Shown here: positions 31,540 to 41,806 of the stretch, one piece after another
Layout of the letters: every line of letters starts with the position of its first letter
Numbering within the stretch: the first letter of the stretch is position 1
Source: Candidatus Cloacimonadota bacterium
GTDB lineage: Bacteria > Cloacimonadota > Cloacimonadia > Cloacimonadales > TCS61
DNA: 64,000 nt
NCBI GenBank assembly: GCA_021734835.1
Contig: JAIPIH010000004.1
Location: forward strand, 30,423-94,422
Reading direction: 5' to 3'
The notes under the pieces: generated by a model
What the model saw: the letters and a program-made list of their open reading frames with translations, nothing else
The model's database searches: none
What the model was told of the DNA's origin: nothing
Made by a program: the position numbers and the translations under genes

Positions 31540-32889
31540 TTATTTATTAAACAGAAGCGGGAAAAGCTGTCTGACATGTTTTATTTTGATAATATTGGTA
31601 AACTTACCAGAGTTTTTGCTTTTTTCAGGGATGATTATTTTTTTATAACCAAGTTTCTTTGCTTCCTTTACTCTTTTATCAGTTTGCGAAACGGGTCTTA
31701 TTTCTCCATTAAGACCAACTTCACCTAAAAGTAGAGTGTTAGCAGGAAGGGTGAGCTCTTTGAAACTTGAAAGAATTGCAGCAATTATTGAGAGATCCAG
31801 ACCGGGATCTGTAACTTTGATACCACCTGTCAGATTAAGAAATACATCATTATTGCGTAAGTTAACTGAGAGGTTCTTTTCAATAACGGCCAGCAGTAAA
31901 GCTAATTTTCGGTGGTTAAAGCCAAGTGATACTCTCTGAGGAGTACCGTAACTTGCCGGTGAAACAAGAGCCTGAACTTCTACCAGGAAAGCTCTGGAAC
32001 CTTCCAATAAACAACCTACTGAAGAACCGACATTATGTTCCCTGGATAAAAATAATTGAGAAGGATCTTTTACTTCCGTTAATCCGGTCGATAACATTTC
32101 GAAGAGACCTATTTCATTTGTTGAGCCAAAACGATTCTTGGTTGCACGTAATATTTTAAACTGGTTCTGGGTTTCACCTTCAAAGTAAAGGACTGTATCA
32201 ACCATATGTTCAATGATCTTCGGTCCAGCTACTATGCCGCCTTTTGTAACATGGCCGATCAGGAAGATCGGGATGTTTTGCTGTTTGGCAATTCGCGTAA
32301 AAAATCCGGTACATTCCCGCAGTTGTGAAACACTCCCCGGTGCACTTTCCAAAGAGCTGAGAAACATGGATTGAATGGAATCTATGATCACTATTTCCGG
32401 TTCCATATTGATAATAACTTGGGCAATTTCCTCAAAATCAGTGGCACAGTACAAAAATAAGTTATCAGACATACAATTAAGCCTTTGACTTCGTAGTTTT
32501 ATCTGCTCTTCACTTTCTTCACCGGAAACGTAGAGAACAATCCTCTTCAGAACAGCTAACTGATTCGAGATTTGCAGCATCAGAGTAGATTTTCCAATTC
32601 CGGGTTCACCTCCGATCAGCACAACCATACCGGGGACAATCCCGCCGCCCAAAGTTCCATCAAATTCATCAAATCCTGTTTTTAATCTCTGCTTATCAGT
32701 ATAAGTTATATCTTTGATCTTCTGAGGTTTTCTGGTCAGATTATTTCCGAAAAGTTCACGGCCTGTATTTTTTTTACTTTTAGACCCGGTTACACTAGTA
32801 GTTTCTTTCAGACTGTTCCAAGCCCCGCAAGCAGGGCATTTCCCTGCCCATTTGTTTGTTTCAGATCCGCATTCAGTACAGAAGAACAT
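31540..32889 (-). CDS. radA: DNA repair protein RadA
   Basis: Zn ribbon FCTECGSETNKWAGKCPACGAWNS, Walker A GGEPGIGKST, KNRFG, and a Lon-like C-terminus. Confidence 0.9.
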   Translation of the reverse strand: MFFCTECGSETNKWAGKCPACGAWNSLKETTSVTGSKSKKNTGRELFGNNLTRKPQKIKDITYTDKQRLKTGFDEFDGTLGGGIVPGMVVLIGGEPGIGKSTLMLQISNQLAVLKRIVLYVSGEESEEQIKLRSQRLNCMSDNLFLYCATDFEEIAQVIINMEPEIVIIDSIQSMFLSSLESAPGSVSQLRECTGFFTRIAKQQNIPIFLIGHVTKGGIVAGPKIIEHMVDTVLYFEGETQNQFKILRATKNRFGSTNEIGLFEMLSTGLTEVKDPSQLFLSREHNVGSSVGCLLEGSRAFLVEVQALVSPASYGTPQRVSLGFNHRKLALLLAVIEKNLSVNLRNNDVFLNLTGGIKVTDPGLDLSIIAAILSSFKELTLPANTLLLGEVGLNGEIRPVSQTDKRVKEAKKLGYKKIIIPEKSKNSGKFTNIIKIKHVRQLFPLLFNK

Positions 32890-32927
32890 TTTTACTCCTA
32901 ACTACAAAATTATATAAATCGGATACT

Positions 32928-33860
32928 TTAAGAATTTTTCTGTTTAAAGTACTTCCTTGTAACTTTAACATCCGCAGCAATAGAATTTATTAATTCCTGT
33001 TTATCTTTAAAAATTTTTTCATCCCGCAACCTTTTAATAAAACAGACCTCAACATCCTTATTATAAACATCTTCATTAAAATCCAGAATGTGCATTTCAA
33101 TTTGTTTGACGCGCGATGTTTTGATAGTTGGTGAATAACCAATATTTGTTACTCCGGCATATTTTGATCCATTAACAAAAACTTTACAAATATAAACTCC
33201 GATTGCGGGGATAAGTTTGTTGTCATCAAAAGGTATTACGTTTATAGTTGGGAATCCCATCTCGCGTCCAATCCGGTGACCTGTAACCACAAAGCCATGT
33301 ACAGAATAATCATGACCAAGAAACTTATTAGCTTTCACAAGATCGCCTTCCCGGATATAATCCCTTATCAAGCTGCTGCTGATGATCTGATTCCCCATCA
33401 TCACAGGTTCAACGACCTCCAGACAATAATAATTTTTTACAGCGTTATCTTTCAGAAATTGGATGTTACCTTCTCTACCTCGGCCAAAATGTGTATCATA
33501 TCCTACTACCAGGCATTGTGCTCCTATTTTATCAATAATGATCTGTTTTAGAAAATCCTGGGCTGACATCTGCGCTATTCTTTTATTGAAATCAAGATTC
33601 AAAACATAATCAATACCGCAATCTTTAATTAATTTCTCTTTCTTTTCCCGTTGGGTCAGCAAATAGGGGAAAGTTTTTTTATGAATTGTTTCCAGTGGAT
33701 GATGATAGTAAGATAACACTACTGATTTTGTATTTTTCTCAACGGCTTTCTGCACAGCACATTTCAAAAGTTTCTCGTGCCCTAGGTGTACACCATCAAA
33801 GGTACCCATTGTTAAAACAGGACGAATAAAATCGCAACTTTGATCTTTAAAATATTTCAT
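32928..33860 (-). CDS. ribF: bifunctional riboflavin kinase / FMN adenylyltransferase
   Basis: GTFDGVHLGH, and the C-terminal kinase PTINV ... GVTNIG. Confidence 0.9.
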   Translation of the reverse strand: MKYFKDQSCDFIRPVLTMGTFDGVHLGHEKLLKCAVQKAVEKNTKSVVLSYYHHPLETIHKKTFPYLLTQREKKEKLIKDCGIDYVLNLDFNKRIAQMSAQDFLKQIIIDKIGAQCLVVGYDTHFGRGREGNIQFLKDNAVKNYYCLEVVEPVMMGNQIISSSLIRDYIREGDLVKANKFLGHDYSVHGFVVTGHRIGREMGFPTINVIPFDDNKLIPAIGVYICKVFVNGSKYAGVTNIGYSPTIKTSRVKQIEMHILDFNEDVYNKDVEVCFIKRLRDEKIFKDKQELINSIAADVKVTRKYFKQKNS

Positions 33861-34720
33861 ATAAATACTATTTTCGGTTTTAGTTCATAGTTGTCAATAT
33901 TCCCAAATCCCAGACAATCTCCTTTATCATCAAGGACGATAACTTCTCCCTCGCTTTTTTTGGAACTGACTACAAAGTTACCATGTTGAAATGTTAATTT
34001 TTGGTCATCATCCAGATTTACCTGGGATAGAGATGAAAATATAGTCGGTAAAGAAATCAAATGATTTTTCCAATTTTCAGATTCAAGTTCATCTAGTTTA
34101 ACTGATTGAGCAATGTCGATATTCCCAATATGGGTTCTATTCAGTTTTATTGTGGTTCCTATTGTACCGAGTTTTTGTGCTATTGTCTCTGACAATACGC
34201 GGATATAAGTTCCCTTGCTTACCTGAGCAAGATAACTTATCTTATCATCCTTAAAATCCTGAATATCAAAACTGAATATCTTGATCGGACGTGACTTTAA
34301 GACAATTTTTTCATTCTTTCTGGCTAAGTTATAAGCTCGTTTACCAGCAATTTTCACAGCTGAATAATTATGTGGAATTTGTGACGTGATCTGAGTAATT
34401 GCAGTTTGGAGATTTTTAAGTACTTTTTCGGAGATGTCAGGTATCTCTTTTTCCGCAATCACTTTACCTGTAGTATCCCCGGTGTCAGTTTTAATTCCCA
34501 ATTGGCAAGTAACCTCATAAGTTTTTTTTTCTGAAGTGAGCTTACCGGCAATCCTGGTTGCTTTACCAATACAAAGCTGCATTAAACCTGTTGCAAAAGG
34601 ATCTAAAGTTCCGGTATGACCAATTTTCTTAAGGCCGGTGATCTTCCGCAGTTTTCTAACGACATCGAATGATGTGATATTCGGTGGTTTATTAATTAAC
34701 AAAACACCGAAGTCATCCAT
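33857..34720 (-). CDS. truB: tRNA pseudouridine(55) synthase
   Basis: KPPNITSFDVV and GHTGTLDPFATG (catalytic Asp). Confidence 0.9.
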   Translation of the reverse strand: MDDFGVLLINKPPNITSFDVVRKLRKITGLKKIGHTGTLDPFATGLMQLCIGKATRIAGKLTSEKKTYEVTCQLGIKTDTGDTTGKVIAEKEIPDISEKVLKNLQTAITQITSQIPHNYSAVKIAGKRAYNLARKNEKIVLKSRPIKIFSFDIQDFKDDKISYLAQVSKGTYIRVLSETIAQKLGTIGTTIKLNRTHIGNIDIAQSVKLDELESENWKNHLISLPTIFSSLSQVNLDDDQKLTFQHGNFVVSSKKSEGEVIVLDDKGDCLGFGNIDNYELKPKIVFI

Positions 34721-35725
34721 TTACAATTGTTCCCTAATATCGGCTAGTAACGTGCTTACTAAGCTCTCCAAACTACCTTTCATCTCGCAGCCGGATGCTT
34801 TCTCATGCCCGCCACCGCCATATTTTACAGCGATCTTGTTCACGTTTATGTAATTGGAGCGGAAACTGATGCGGTACCTGTTTCTTACAACCTGATTTAA
34901 CAAAACTGTAGCTTTTACATTGTGAGTACCTTTTACCCAACGTGTAAGTTTGGAAGTTCCTTCATGGCTGACATTATTTCTCTTCATCATTTCCAGAGTA
35001 GAATACATGAATAATATTTGATCATCATCGTAAGTTTCGATTGTTGAGAGAACTTCTCCTACGAAGCGGATTTCATTTGCTGGTTTGTTAAGCAAAAAGT
35101 ACTCTGTAATTTTACCGGGTTTGATATTGTATTTCATCAGATCTGCACAAATGTAAAAGGTATTTTCATCGACATTTTGATTCAGGAAATTATCGGTATC
35201 ATTAAGAATGGTAGTATAAACAGCCTGGGCAATGTAATTTGCAGTTTTTGTGTCTAATTGGTTAATTTCATTTTGGAACATCCTGTAAATTGTTGCTCCT
35301 ACGGACACAGAAGAAGTATCGATGTATGTAACTGCCTCAGGAATTGGTTCACTTAGAATATGATGATCTATTGCAATGAGCTTTTTTGCGGTAGGTATCA
35401 GCGGTTCACAAATACCGATTCTCTCTATTTCATGGCAATCCAAAATTATCACTAGATCATAGATCATAGATTCAGAAAAAACCTTAGTTCTATCAAAGCC
35501 TTCCAGAAAATCGTATAATTCTGAAGGCTCTTCTTCTAAGACAATATCTGCCTTTTTATTTTGAGCTTTTAATATTTCCTGTAGAGCTAAAGAAGCCGCT
35601 AAGCCGTCACCGTCGGGATTTTTATGTGTAAGTATAGCGATCTTTGAATAATCTGCGATCGCCTTCTTTGTGATTGTTAATATCTCATCTCTATTTTTAA
35701 TGATCATTTTCCTTCTTCTCAGCAT
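34721..35725 (-). CDS. nrnA: DHH/DHHA1 phosphoesterase (NrnA-like)
   Basis: HKNPDGDGLAS, DCH, IDHH and the C-terminal GGGGH motif. The start may be the internal ATG 18 nt downstream. Confidence 0.75.
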   Translation of the reverse strand: MLRRRKMIIKNRDEILTITKKAIADYSKIAILTHKNPDGDGLAASLALQEILKAQNKKADIVLEEEPSELYDFLEGFDRTKVFSESMIYDLVIILDCHEIERIGICEPLIPTAKKLIAIDHHILSEPIPEAVTYIDTSSVSVGATIYRMFQNEINQLDTKTANYIAQAVYTTILNDTDNFLNQNVDENTFYICADLMKYNIKPGKITEYFLLNKPANEIRFVGEVLSTIETYDDDQILFMYSTLEMMKRNNVSHEGTSKLTRWVKGTHNVKATVLLNQVVRNRYRISFRSNYINVNKIAVKYGGGGHEKASGCEMKGSLESLVSTLLADIREQL

Positions 35726-36056
35726 TTATTTTAGCAAATATTTTATCCAGATCACGAGCTTCTTCTTCAAGTTTATCATATTCGAAAATAAGCTGCGGTA
35801 TCTTCCGCATGAATTTTGCTTTGGCAATTTCATTTTTTATGAATCCGGAACTTTTATTTAATGAATTTAAAACATCCTCTGTATTTGTTTCATCGAAATG
35901 TGAGAAAAATATTTTCAGATAAGAAAGATCGTTAGTAAGTTTAACTCCCGTTACAGTAACCATGGTTAGGTTATTATCACGTAGTTTATAATTAATAATA
36001 TTGCTGATCAGTTTTAGCAATTCGCTCTCTAATCTCTTAATTCTTATCCTGGCCAT
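35697..36056 (-). CDS. rbfA: ribosome-binding factor A
   Basis: RIKRLESELLKLISNII...VTVTGVKLTNDLSYLKIFFS, and its position between infB and nrnA/truB. Confidence 0.85.
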   Translation of the reverse strand: MARIRIKRLESELLKLISNIINYKLRDNNLTMVTVTGVKLTNDLSYLKIFFSHFDETNTEDVLNSLNKSSGFIKNEIAKAKFMRKIPQLIFEYDKLEEEARDLDKIFAKINAEKKENDH

Positions 36057-36074
36057 AACCTGCTCTCAGCTTCG

Positions 36075-38474
36075 TTATAGTTTGCGCTCAAGTTCTTCAA
36101 CAATGTAATTTTCAATCACATCACCTTCTTTGATATCATTGAATTTTTCGATACCAATTCCACCTTCGGTTCCGGCTTTTATCTCTTTTACCTCTTCCGA
36201 GTAGTGCTTCAAAGAGGATAACTTACCTTCATGGACAATGATGTCGTTACGATAAACTCTCACTACTCCCTCATTCCTGATTGCTCCTTTTTCAACTGCA
36301 ACTCCTCCAATAGTGCCAACATTTTTGATCTTGAAAACTTTTTTAACAACTGCTGTACCCAGATAATTTTCGCTGAATTTCGGTTTGAGTAGACCTGTCA
36401 TCGCACTTTGAATTTCTTCAATTGCTTCGTATATGATCTGATACAATTTGATCTCAACTTTTTCATCTTCAGCCAGTTTCTTAGCTGATGTACCAGCACG
36501 AACATGGAATCCAATAATTATTGCGTCGGATGCTGAAGCCATATTTACGTCGGCTTCGTTAATACCGCCAACTGCTTTCCGGATGATATTTACTATCACT
36601 TCGTCTGTACTGAGTTTTTGGAACGAGTCGCATAAAGCCTCAACAGAGCCATCTGTATCTGCTTTCACAATTAGCTTTATCTCGCTCATGTTATCTTCTT
36701 TTATACGTTGGAATAAATTATCTAGATTAGTCTTTGATTGATATTTTTCCCGTTCTCGTCTGATATTTCTTCTTTCAGCACTAATTTGCCGCGCCTTCTT
36801 CTCGTCATCCACTTTATTAAGAATATCACCAGCTTTTGGTACTTTGTTCAAGCCATAAAGCACACCTACATCAGCTGGTAGAAGTTTTTCGATTTCATTA
36901 CCACGTTCATCTTCTATTTTTCTAATATGTCCATATGTTGCGCCGCAAACAACACTATCAGATTTAATCAGTTTGCCTTCCTGCATTAAAATGGTAACTA
37001 TAGTACCCTTACGGGCATCTTTTCTGGATTCAATTACTATTCCTTGTCCTTCCACATTCACAGGAGCTTTTAATTCCATCATATCAGATGTCAACAATAT
37101 GGAATCCAGCAATTCATCTATTCCTTCTCCGGTTTTAGCGGAACATTCCACCCACATAATATTACCACCATATTGCTCCAGCATGACATTTTGGTTCAGC
37201 AGATCATTTATTGTTTTATCTACATTAGCATCTTTCAAGTCAATTTTATTGATAGCGACTATTATCGTTACTCCTGCTGATCTGGCATGATCAAGTGCCT
37301 CAATAGTTTGTTTTTTCACACTCTCATTGGCTGCTACTACAATTACTGCAATATCTGTTACGTTGGCACCACGAGCACGCATTGCTGCAAATGCTTCGTG
37401 ACCGGGTGTATCGAGAAATGTGATTTTCTTATCATTATATTTAACCTGATAAGCTCCAATATGCTGAGTAATATTTCCGGCTTCACCTGCTATTACATTG
37501 GAAGATCGAATTCTATCTAAAATCGCAGTTTTACCGTGATCAACATGACCCATAATAGTAACAATCGGAGGTCGGAAAGACTTCTCGATATCTTTTACTT
37601 CAGCTTTCTGTTCTTCGAGAATTTCACTTCCGTATTCTTCTTTAAATTCAACATCAAAGTCAAATTCATCACAGATCATCTCAAGAGATTCTTTATCCAG
37701 TCTTTGATTAATAGTTACCATCTGTCCCATCAAAAAGAACTTCTTAATAATTTCAGAAGCAGCAATATTCATCATCTTGGCAAGTTCACTAACGGAAGTA
37801 AATTCATTGACCACAATTTTAATATCCTGATCATTCTGTGTTTTATCTTTTTTATATTTCTTCCTTTTAGATGATTCTTTAGCCAAAGTAAGCTTAATAT
37901 TCTTGGCAATTTCGGCTTCTTCCAATTCACTTGGAGTAAATTTTTTCTTGCGTTTACCTTTAGAAAGATGTTTGATCTTAGCTTTTAAATGCTTGTCCTT
38001 TTTATCAAAATTCTTATTGCTTACAGCTTTTTTATCATGATCTTTAAATTTTATCTTATCTTCCGGAGGCGGAACATCAGGTAAACCTGTAGGCTTAAGA
38101 GTTTCAATTTTTCCTTTGTAAACACTTTTCTGTTTTGGTTTTCTAGTATCTGTTTTCTTGATAGTTTTTTCTACAAAGTTCTGAACTTCTGTGCGTTTCT
38201 TTGTATCCGCAGCCTCGGACTGCTCCGCTTTTTGAGTAACAACTTTCTTTTTCTCGGCCAGTACTATTTTTCGATGTATAGAATTTCTGTCATGTTGTCT
38301 TTTTCTTATCGCATCAAACTCAGCATTAAATTTCGCCCGTATGTTTTTCTCTGTCTCATCATCAATAATGCTCATATGACTTTTAACGACAACACCCATA
38401 TCATTTAAATGCTTTTTTAGTGCTGCTGTTGATATTTTTAGTTCCTTAGCTAGTTGATGTACCTTTATTGGCAT
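36075..38474 (-). CDS. infB: translation initiation factor IF-2
   Basis: GTPase motifs GHVDHGKT, DTPGH and NKID; a Lys-rich N-terminal region; conserved operon position. Confidence 0.95.
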   Translation of the reverse strand: MPIKVHQLAKELKISTAALKKHLNDMGVVVKSHMSIIDDETEKNIRAKFNAEFDAIRKRQHDRNSIHRKIVLAEKKKVVTQKAEQSEAADTKKRTEVQNFVEKTIKKTDTRKPKQKSVYKGKIETLKPTGLPDVPPPEDKIKFKDHDKKAVSNKNFDKKDKHLKAKIKHLSKGKRKKKFTPSELEEAEIAKNIKLTLAKESSKRKKYKKDKTQNDQDIKIVVNEFTSVSELAKMMNIAASEIIKKFFLMGQMVTINQRLDKESLEMICDEFDFDVEFKEEYGSEILEEQKAEVKDIEKSFRPPIVTIMGHVDHGKTAILDRIRSSNVIAGEAGNITQHIGAYQVKYNDKKITFLDTPGHEAFAAMRARGANVTDIAVIVVAANESVKKQTIEALDHARSAGVTIIVAINKIDLKDANVDKTINDLLNQNVMLEQYGGNIMWVECSAKTGEGIDELLDSILLTSDMMELKAPVNVEGQGIVIESRKDARKGTIVTILMQEGKLIKSDSVVCGATYGHIRKIEDERGNEIEKLLPADVGVLYGLNKVPKAGDILNKVDDEKKARQISAERRNIRREREKYQSKTNLDNLFQRIKEDNMSEIKLIVKADTDGSVEALCDSFQKLSTDEVIVNIIRKAVGGINEADVNMASASDAIIIGFHVRAGTSAKKLAEDEKVEIKLYQIIYEAIEEIQSAMTGLLKPKFSENYLGTAVVKKVFKIKNVGTIGGVAVEKGAIRNEGVVRVYRNDIIVHEGKLSSLKHYSEEVKEIKAGTEGGIGIEKFNDIKEGDVIENYIVEELERKL

Positions 38475-38486
38475 GAATCCTCCACG

Positions 38487-38789
38487 TTAATCAACAATCG
38501 ACTGTAAAATCCCTTTAGAGAAATTTGCATCCTCGATACAAATAACTCCCACGTCTCTGGTTTTGAACTCATTCCCAAAGAGCGATTTAGTTCCGAATTC
38601 TACTATTTTAACTTTGAAGCTATTTGCTAAATTATACAAATGCTTCTTCTGCTTTTCTGCTAGGTCAGATGCATAGATCAATAACTTTGCATCATTGGAA
38701 ATACAAGATCTTTCACAAGCATCAAAACCGGATTTCATTTTGCCGGCTTTTCTAGCCATATGCAATAAATTAATTACCTTGTTTCCCAT
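38487..38789 (-). CDS. ylxQ: L7Ae-family RNA-binding protein (YlxQ-like)
   Basis: ARKAGKMKSGFDACE...KLLIYASDLAEK, and its position between ylxR and infB. Confidence 0.7.
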   Translation of the reverse strand: MGNKVINLLHMARKAGKMKSGFDACERSCISNDAKLLIYASDLAEKQKKHLYNLANSFKVKIVEFGTKSLFGNEFKTRDVGVICIEDANFSKGILQSIVD

Positions 38790-39012
38790 GTTTTCTATTT
38801 CCTACAAATCTATTTTTTCTCTTCTCTAATTTTAGCAAGCATTTATTATCATTACATACATAATAACCATACCCACTCAGATTATTTTTTATATCAAATA
38901 CAAGCTCATATCCGAGTGAAACAAATCTGATAAAATGTTTTTTATCACTTTTCATTTTGCAAATTACACAAGTTCGTTGTGGAATATGCTCGGCGTTTGA
39001 AGATCTATTCAC
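38770..39012 (-). CDS. ylxR: YlxR/DUF448 RNA-binding protein
   Basis: PQRTCVICKMKSDKKHFIRFV, immediately downstream of nusA. Confidence 0.75.
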   Translation of the reverse strand: MNRSSNAEHIPQRTCVICKMKSDKKHFIRFVSLGYELVFDIKNNLSGYGYYVCNDNKCLLKLEKRKNRFVGNRKHGKQGN

Positions 39013-39034
39013 AGTTTTCCATGTTTCTTAAAAT

Positions 39035-40267
39035 TTAGAAAAATTTGGAAGATTCTTTGATCTTTTCGGCAGTTTTTTTACCAAGACCTTCAAGATTACA
39101 CAGTTCATCAATACTTGCTTCGTATATATCTTGAACCGATGTGTAACCGTGAATTTTAAGAACTTCTGCAACCTTGGGTGAAACGCCGTCCAGATCACTG
39201 ATATGACTTGTAATCCGACGTTCTTCAGAAATCTTTTCTTCAAATTCCTCTTCTGTATAAATATCTAGTTTGAAATCTGTAAGCTTAGCAGCCAGTTTTA
39301 CATTTTTTCCCTTCTTGCCGATAGCCAAATTTTTATTATCTCTGCTAACTATTATCCTGGCAAATTTTCCTCTGTCTGCTAGATAAACTTTTTCCACTAG
39401 ATCGGGGCCGATAGCATTTGCTATCAATTGTTCAGGAGCAGAATCCCAAACGACAATATCAACCAATTCGCCATTAAGTTCCTTTTTGATGGCTTCTATC
39501 CGAACACCATGAGGTCCGAGACAAGCTGCTGTAGCATCTACTTCAGGGTTTGTTGAATGCACCGAAACTTTTGTACGCATACCCGGTTCACGCACGATCT
39601 TTTTTATTTCCAGATCACCGGAAGTAATTTCCGGAATCTCCGCTTCAAAGATCTTATTTACAAATTCAGGTCTCGTTCTGGATAAAATAACAATTACGTC
39701 TTTTTTACGTTTTCTAATATTCACAACATAGCAGCGAATGACATCACCAACTTTATAATATTCATCTTCAACTTGTTCATCTTTGGGCAACAGTGCGTCT
39801 GCATAGCCGATATTCACAAGATAACCGTTGACCTCATCCTTCCTGATCTTGCCAGAGATCAGCTGATTCTTCTGTTTTTCATAATCAAACATTATTCTAT
39901 CTTCTTCTAACAATTTTATTCTTTCAAGAATAGCTTTCCTGGCATTACGAATAACTTTAGGTTCAAATTCTGTGATCTTCATTTCAACCGGGATAGTATC
40001 GCCTAACTCCAAGTTTTCATCGTACATTTTGGCTTCTTCCAGAGAAATTTCACCTAGCGAAGTATCTCGCTCCACTACAATTCTATTAAATTTCGCGATT
40101 ATTTTATTTGTATCATAATCAGTAGTAATTTCAAGCTCATTATCATCAATCATTTTTTTTGATATTGCCTGATATAAACCTTCTTTGATGATAGAGGTAA
40201 GTTTTTCTTTATCCAGCTGCTTCAGGTTAGCTAGTTCGGCCAGAGAGCCCATAATATTTGAATTCAT
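39035..40267 (-). CDS. nusA: transcription termination/antitermination factor NusA
   Basis: N-terminal domain, S1 (GKIRKDEVNGYLVNIG), two KH domains (NLAIGKKGKNVKLA) and a C-terminal HhH-like tail. Confidence 0.95.
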   Translation of the reverse strand: MNSNIMGSLAELANLKQLDKEKLTSIIKEGLYQAISKKMIDDNELEITTDYDTNKIIAKFNRIVVERDTSLGEISLEEAKMYDENLELGDTIPVEMKITEFEPKVIRNARKAILERIKLLEEDRIMFDYEKQKNQLISGKIRKDEVNGYLVNIGYADALLPKDEQVEDEYYKVGDVIRCYVVNIRKRKKDVIVILSRTRPEFVNKIFEAEIPEITSGDLEIKKIVREPGMRTKVSVHSTNPEVDATAACLGPHGVRIEAIKKELNGELVDIVVWDSAPEQLIANAIGPDLVEKVYLADRGKFARIIVSRDNKNLAIGKKGKNVKLAAKLTDFKLDIYTEEEFEEKISEERRITSHISDLDGVSPKVAEVLKIHGYTSVQDIYEASIDELCNLEGLGKKTAEKIKESSKFF

Positions 40268-40282
40268 TATCTCCTCACTTAT

Positions 40283-40753
40283 TTATTTCTTATAATCAAA
40301 ATATGTTTTTGCTTTTTTAACATCTGTCAGTTCAATCAGTTTTACTTCGTCGGCAAATTCCAATTTTATACTTTCAGGAAGAACTTCTTTTAACACTCCA
40401 ATACTTGTAATATTCTTATCTTGGTGGGAATAGGTAAGTTTCACTTTCTCACCAATAGCACTTACATAATGTTTTTTTTGTGTAAGATCGCGTTCTAAAC
40501 CTGGTGAAGAAACTTCCAGATAGTATCTTTCTTTGATAATATCTTCAACTTCTAAAACTTCAGAAACTATCCTGCTGATCTTTTTGCACTCATCAATTGT
40601 TACACCATTGATCTTAGTAACATAAATAAGCACGATCAAACCCTTTGATGCTCTTTTTAATTCCACATCATATAAAGCGATCTTAATTTCAGAGCATGCT
40701 TTCTTCGCGATCATTTCGATCTGTTCTTTCAGTTCCACCGAGATATCCTCCAT
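40283..40753 (-). CDS. rimP: ribosome maturation factor RimP
   Basis: ATG at 40753 (MEDISVELKE...) preferred over the ORF-track start at 40777. LEVSSPGLERDL motif. First gene of the nusA-infB operon. Confidence 0.85.
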   Translation of the reverse strand: MEDISVELKEQIEMIAKKACSEIKIALYDVELKRASKGLIVLIYVTKINGVTIDECKKISRIVSEVLEVEDIIKERYYLEVSSPGLERDLTQKKHYVSAIGEKVKLTYSHQDKNITSIGVLKEVLPESIKLEFADEVKLIELTDVKKAKTYFDYKK

Positions 40754-40795
40754 AAACGACAAACCCTCAGTTAGCAAGGGTGTCGATTTTTTGCC

Positions 40796-40831
40796 AAAAA
40801 AATGCTGACCTAATCATGTCAGCAAAAAAAA
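40796..40831 (-). promoter_or_regulatory. intrinsic-terminator-like hairpin in the rimP-nusA leader (minus strand)
   Basis: On the minus strand, T8 precedes TGCTGAC-ATGATTAG-GTCAGCA, which is followed by TTTTTTT. It lies 40-80 nt upstream of the rimP start, in a divergent intergenic region. Confidence 0.4.
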
Positions 40832-40993
40832 CTATGTGCTTTTTATTTACTTCATTTTCAATAAAAATTTGAGGGTTATACTGTCAAGAGTAAATTACTA
40901 TATTATTAAACATTAACACATTATTGATCTAATGCCAGTTTATAATATTTTATTAAAGATTGACAAATTGCTATTTACAATTTTTTAATTCAA

Positions 40994-41806
40994 TTGTTGG
41001 AGGAAATAGTGAGATTTAAAGTTGGAGTTTGTCAATTTAATCCAGAACTTTTTAATGTAAGCCGGAATCTAGCAAAGATGGAATCTTTATTATCTGATGT
41101 TTCAGCCGATCTGATTGTTTTACCTGAACTTGCTGCCAGCGGATATGTCTTTAGATCAAAAGCAGAAGTTTCGAGTTGTGCTGAACAACCTCAAAACGGA
41201 CCAACTGCACAATTATTCAAAGCACTGGCAAAACAGAATAAGACAAGCTATGTCGTTGGTTTTGCAGAAAAAGCGAAAGCAGGTCTGTATAACTCATCGA
41301 TGCTTGTAAATCCAGATGGTAAGATCAATATCTATCGAAAAACACATCTATTTTTTGAAGAGAAGAAATGGTTTATGCCCGGTGACACCGGATTTAAAGT
41401 TTTTACAATTAAAGGCAGCATCAAAGTTGGTTTGATGATCTGCTTCGATTGGATATTCCCTGAATCTGCCAGGTCATTAGCATTAGCTGGAGCACAGATC
41501 GTTGCCCATTCAGCGAATCTGGTTTTACCATGGTGTCAGCAAGCAATGATCACGCGATCTCTGGAGAATCGCATTTTTTCCGTAACTTCAAATAGGACAG
41601 GTTTAGAAAAAAATGGAACCAGTAAATTGAAATTTACCGGTATGAGTCAGATAATTGATCCAACTGGTAAGATCGTAAGCAGAATGAACGAAACCGAAGA
41701 ATATGTTGTGGTAAAAGAAATCAATCCCCTTAAAGCGGATGATAAGAATGTAACTGAATACAACAATTTATTTACTGATCGCAGAACTGAGCTCTATTTA
41801 TCATGA
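40994..41806 (+). CDS. carbon-nitrogen hydrolase (nitrilase superfamily) protein
   Basis: Glu-Lys-Cys triad contexts PELAASGY, YRKTHLF and MICFDWIFPE. The start is TTG 40994 or GTG 41009. Confidence 0.8.
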   Translation: MLEEIVRFKVGVCQFNPELFNVSRNLAKMESLLSDVSADLIVLPELAASGYVFRSKAEVSSCAEQPQNGPTAQLFKALAKQNKTSYVVGFAEKAKAGLYNSSMLVNPDGKINIYRKTHLFFEEKKWFMPGDTGFKVFTIKGSIKVGLMICFDWIFPESARSLALAGAQIVAHSANLVLPWCQQAMITRSLENRIFSVTSNRTGLEKNGTSKLKFTGMSQIIDPTGKIVSRMNETEEYVVVKEINPLKADDKNVTEYNNLFTDRRTELYLS

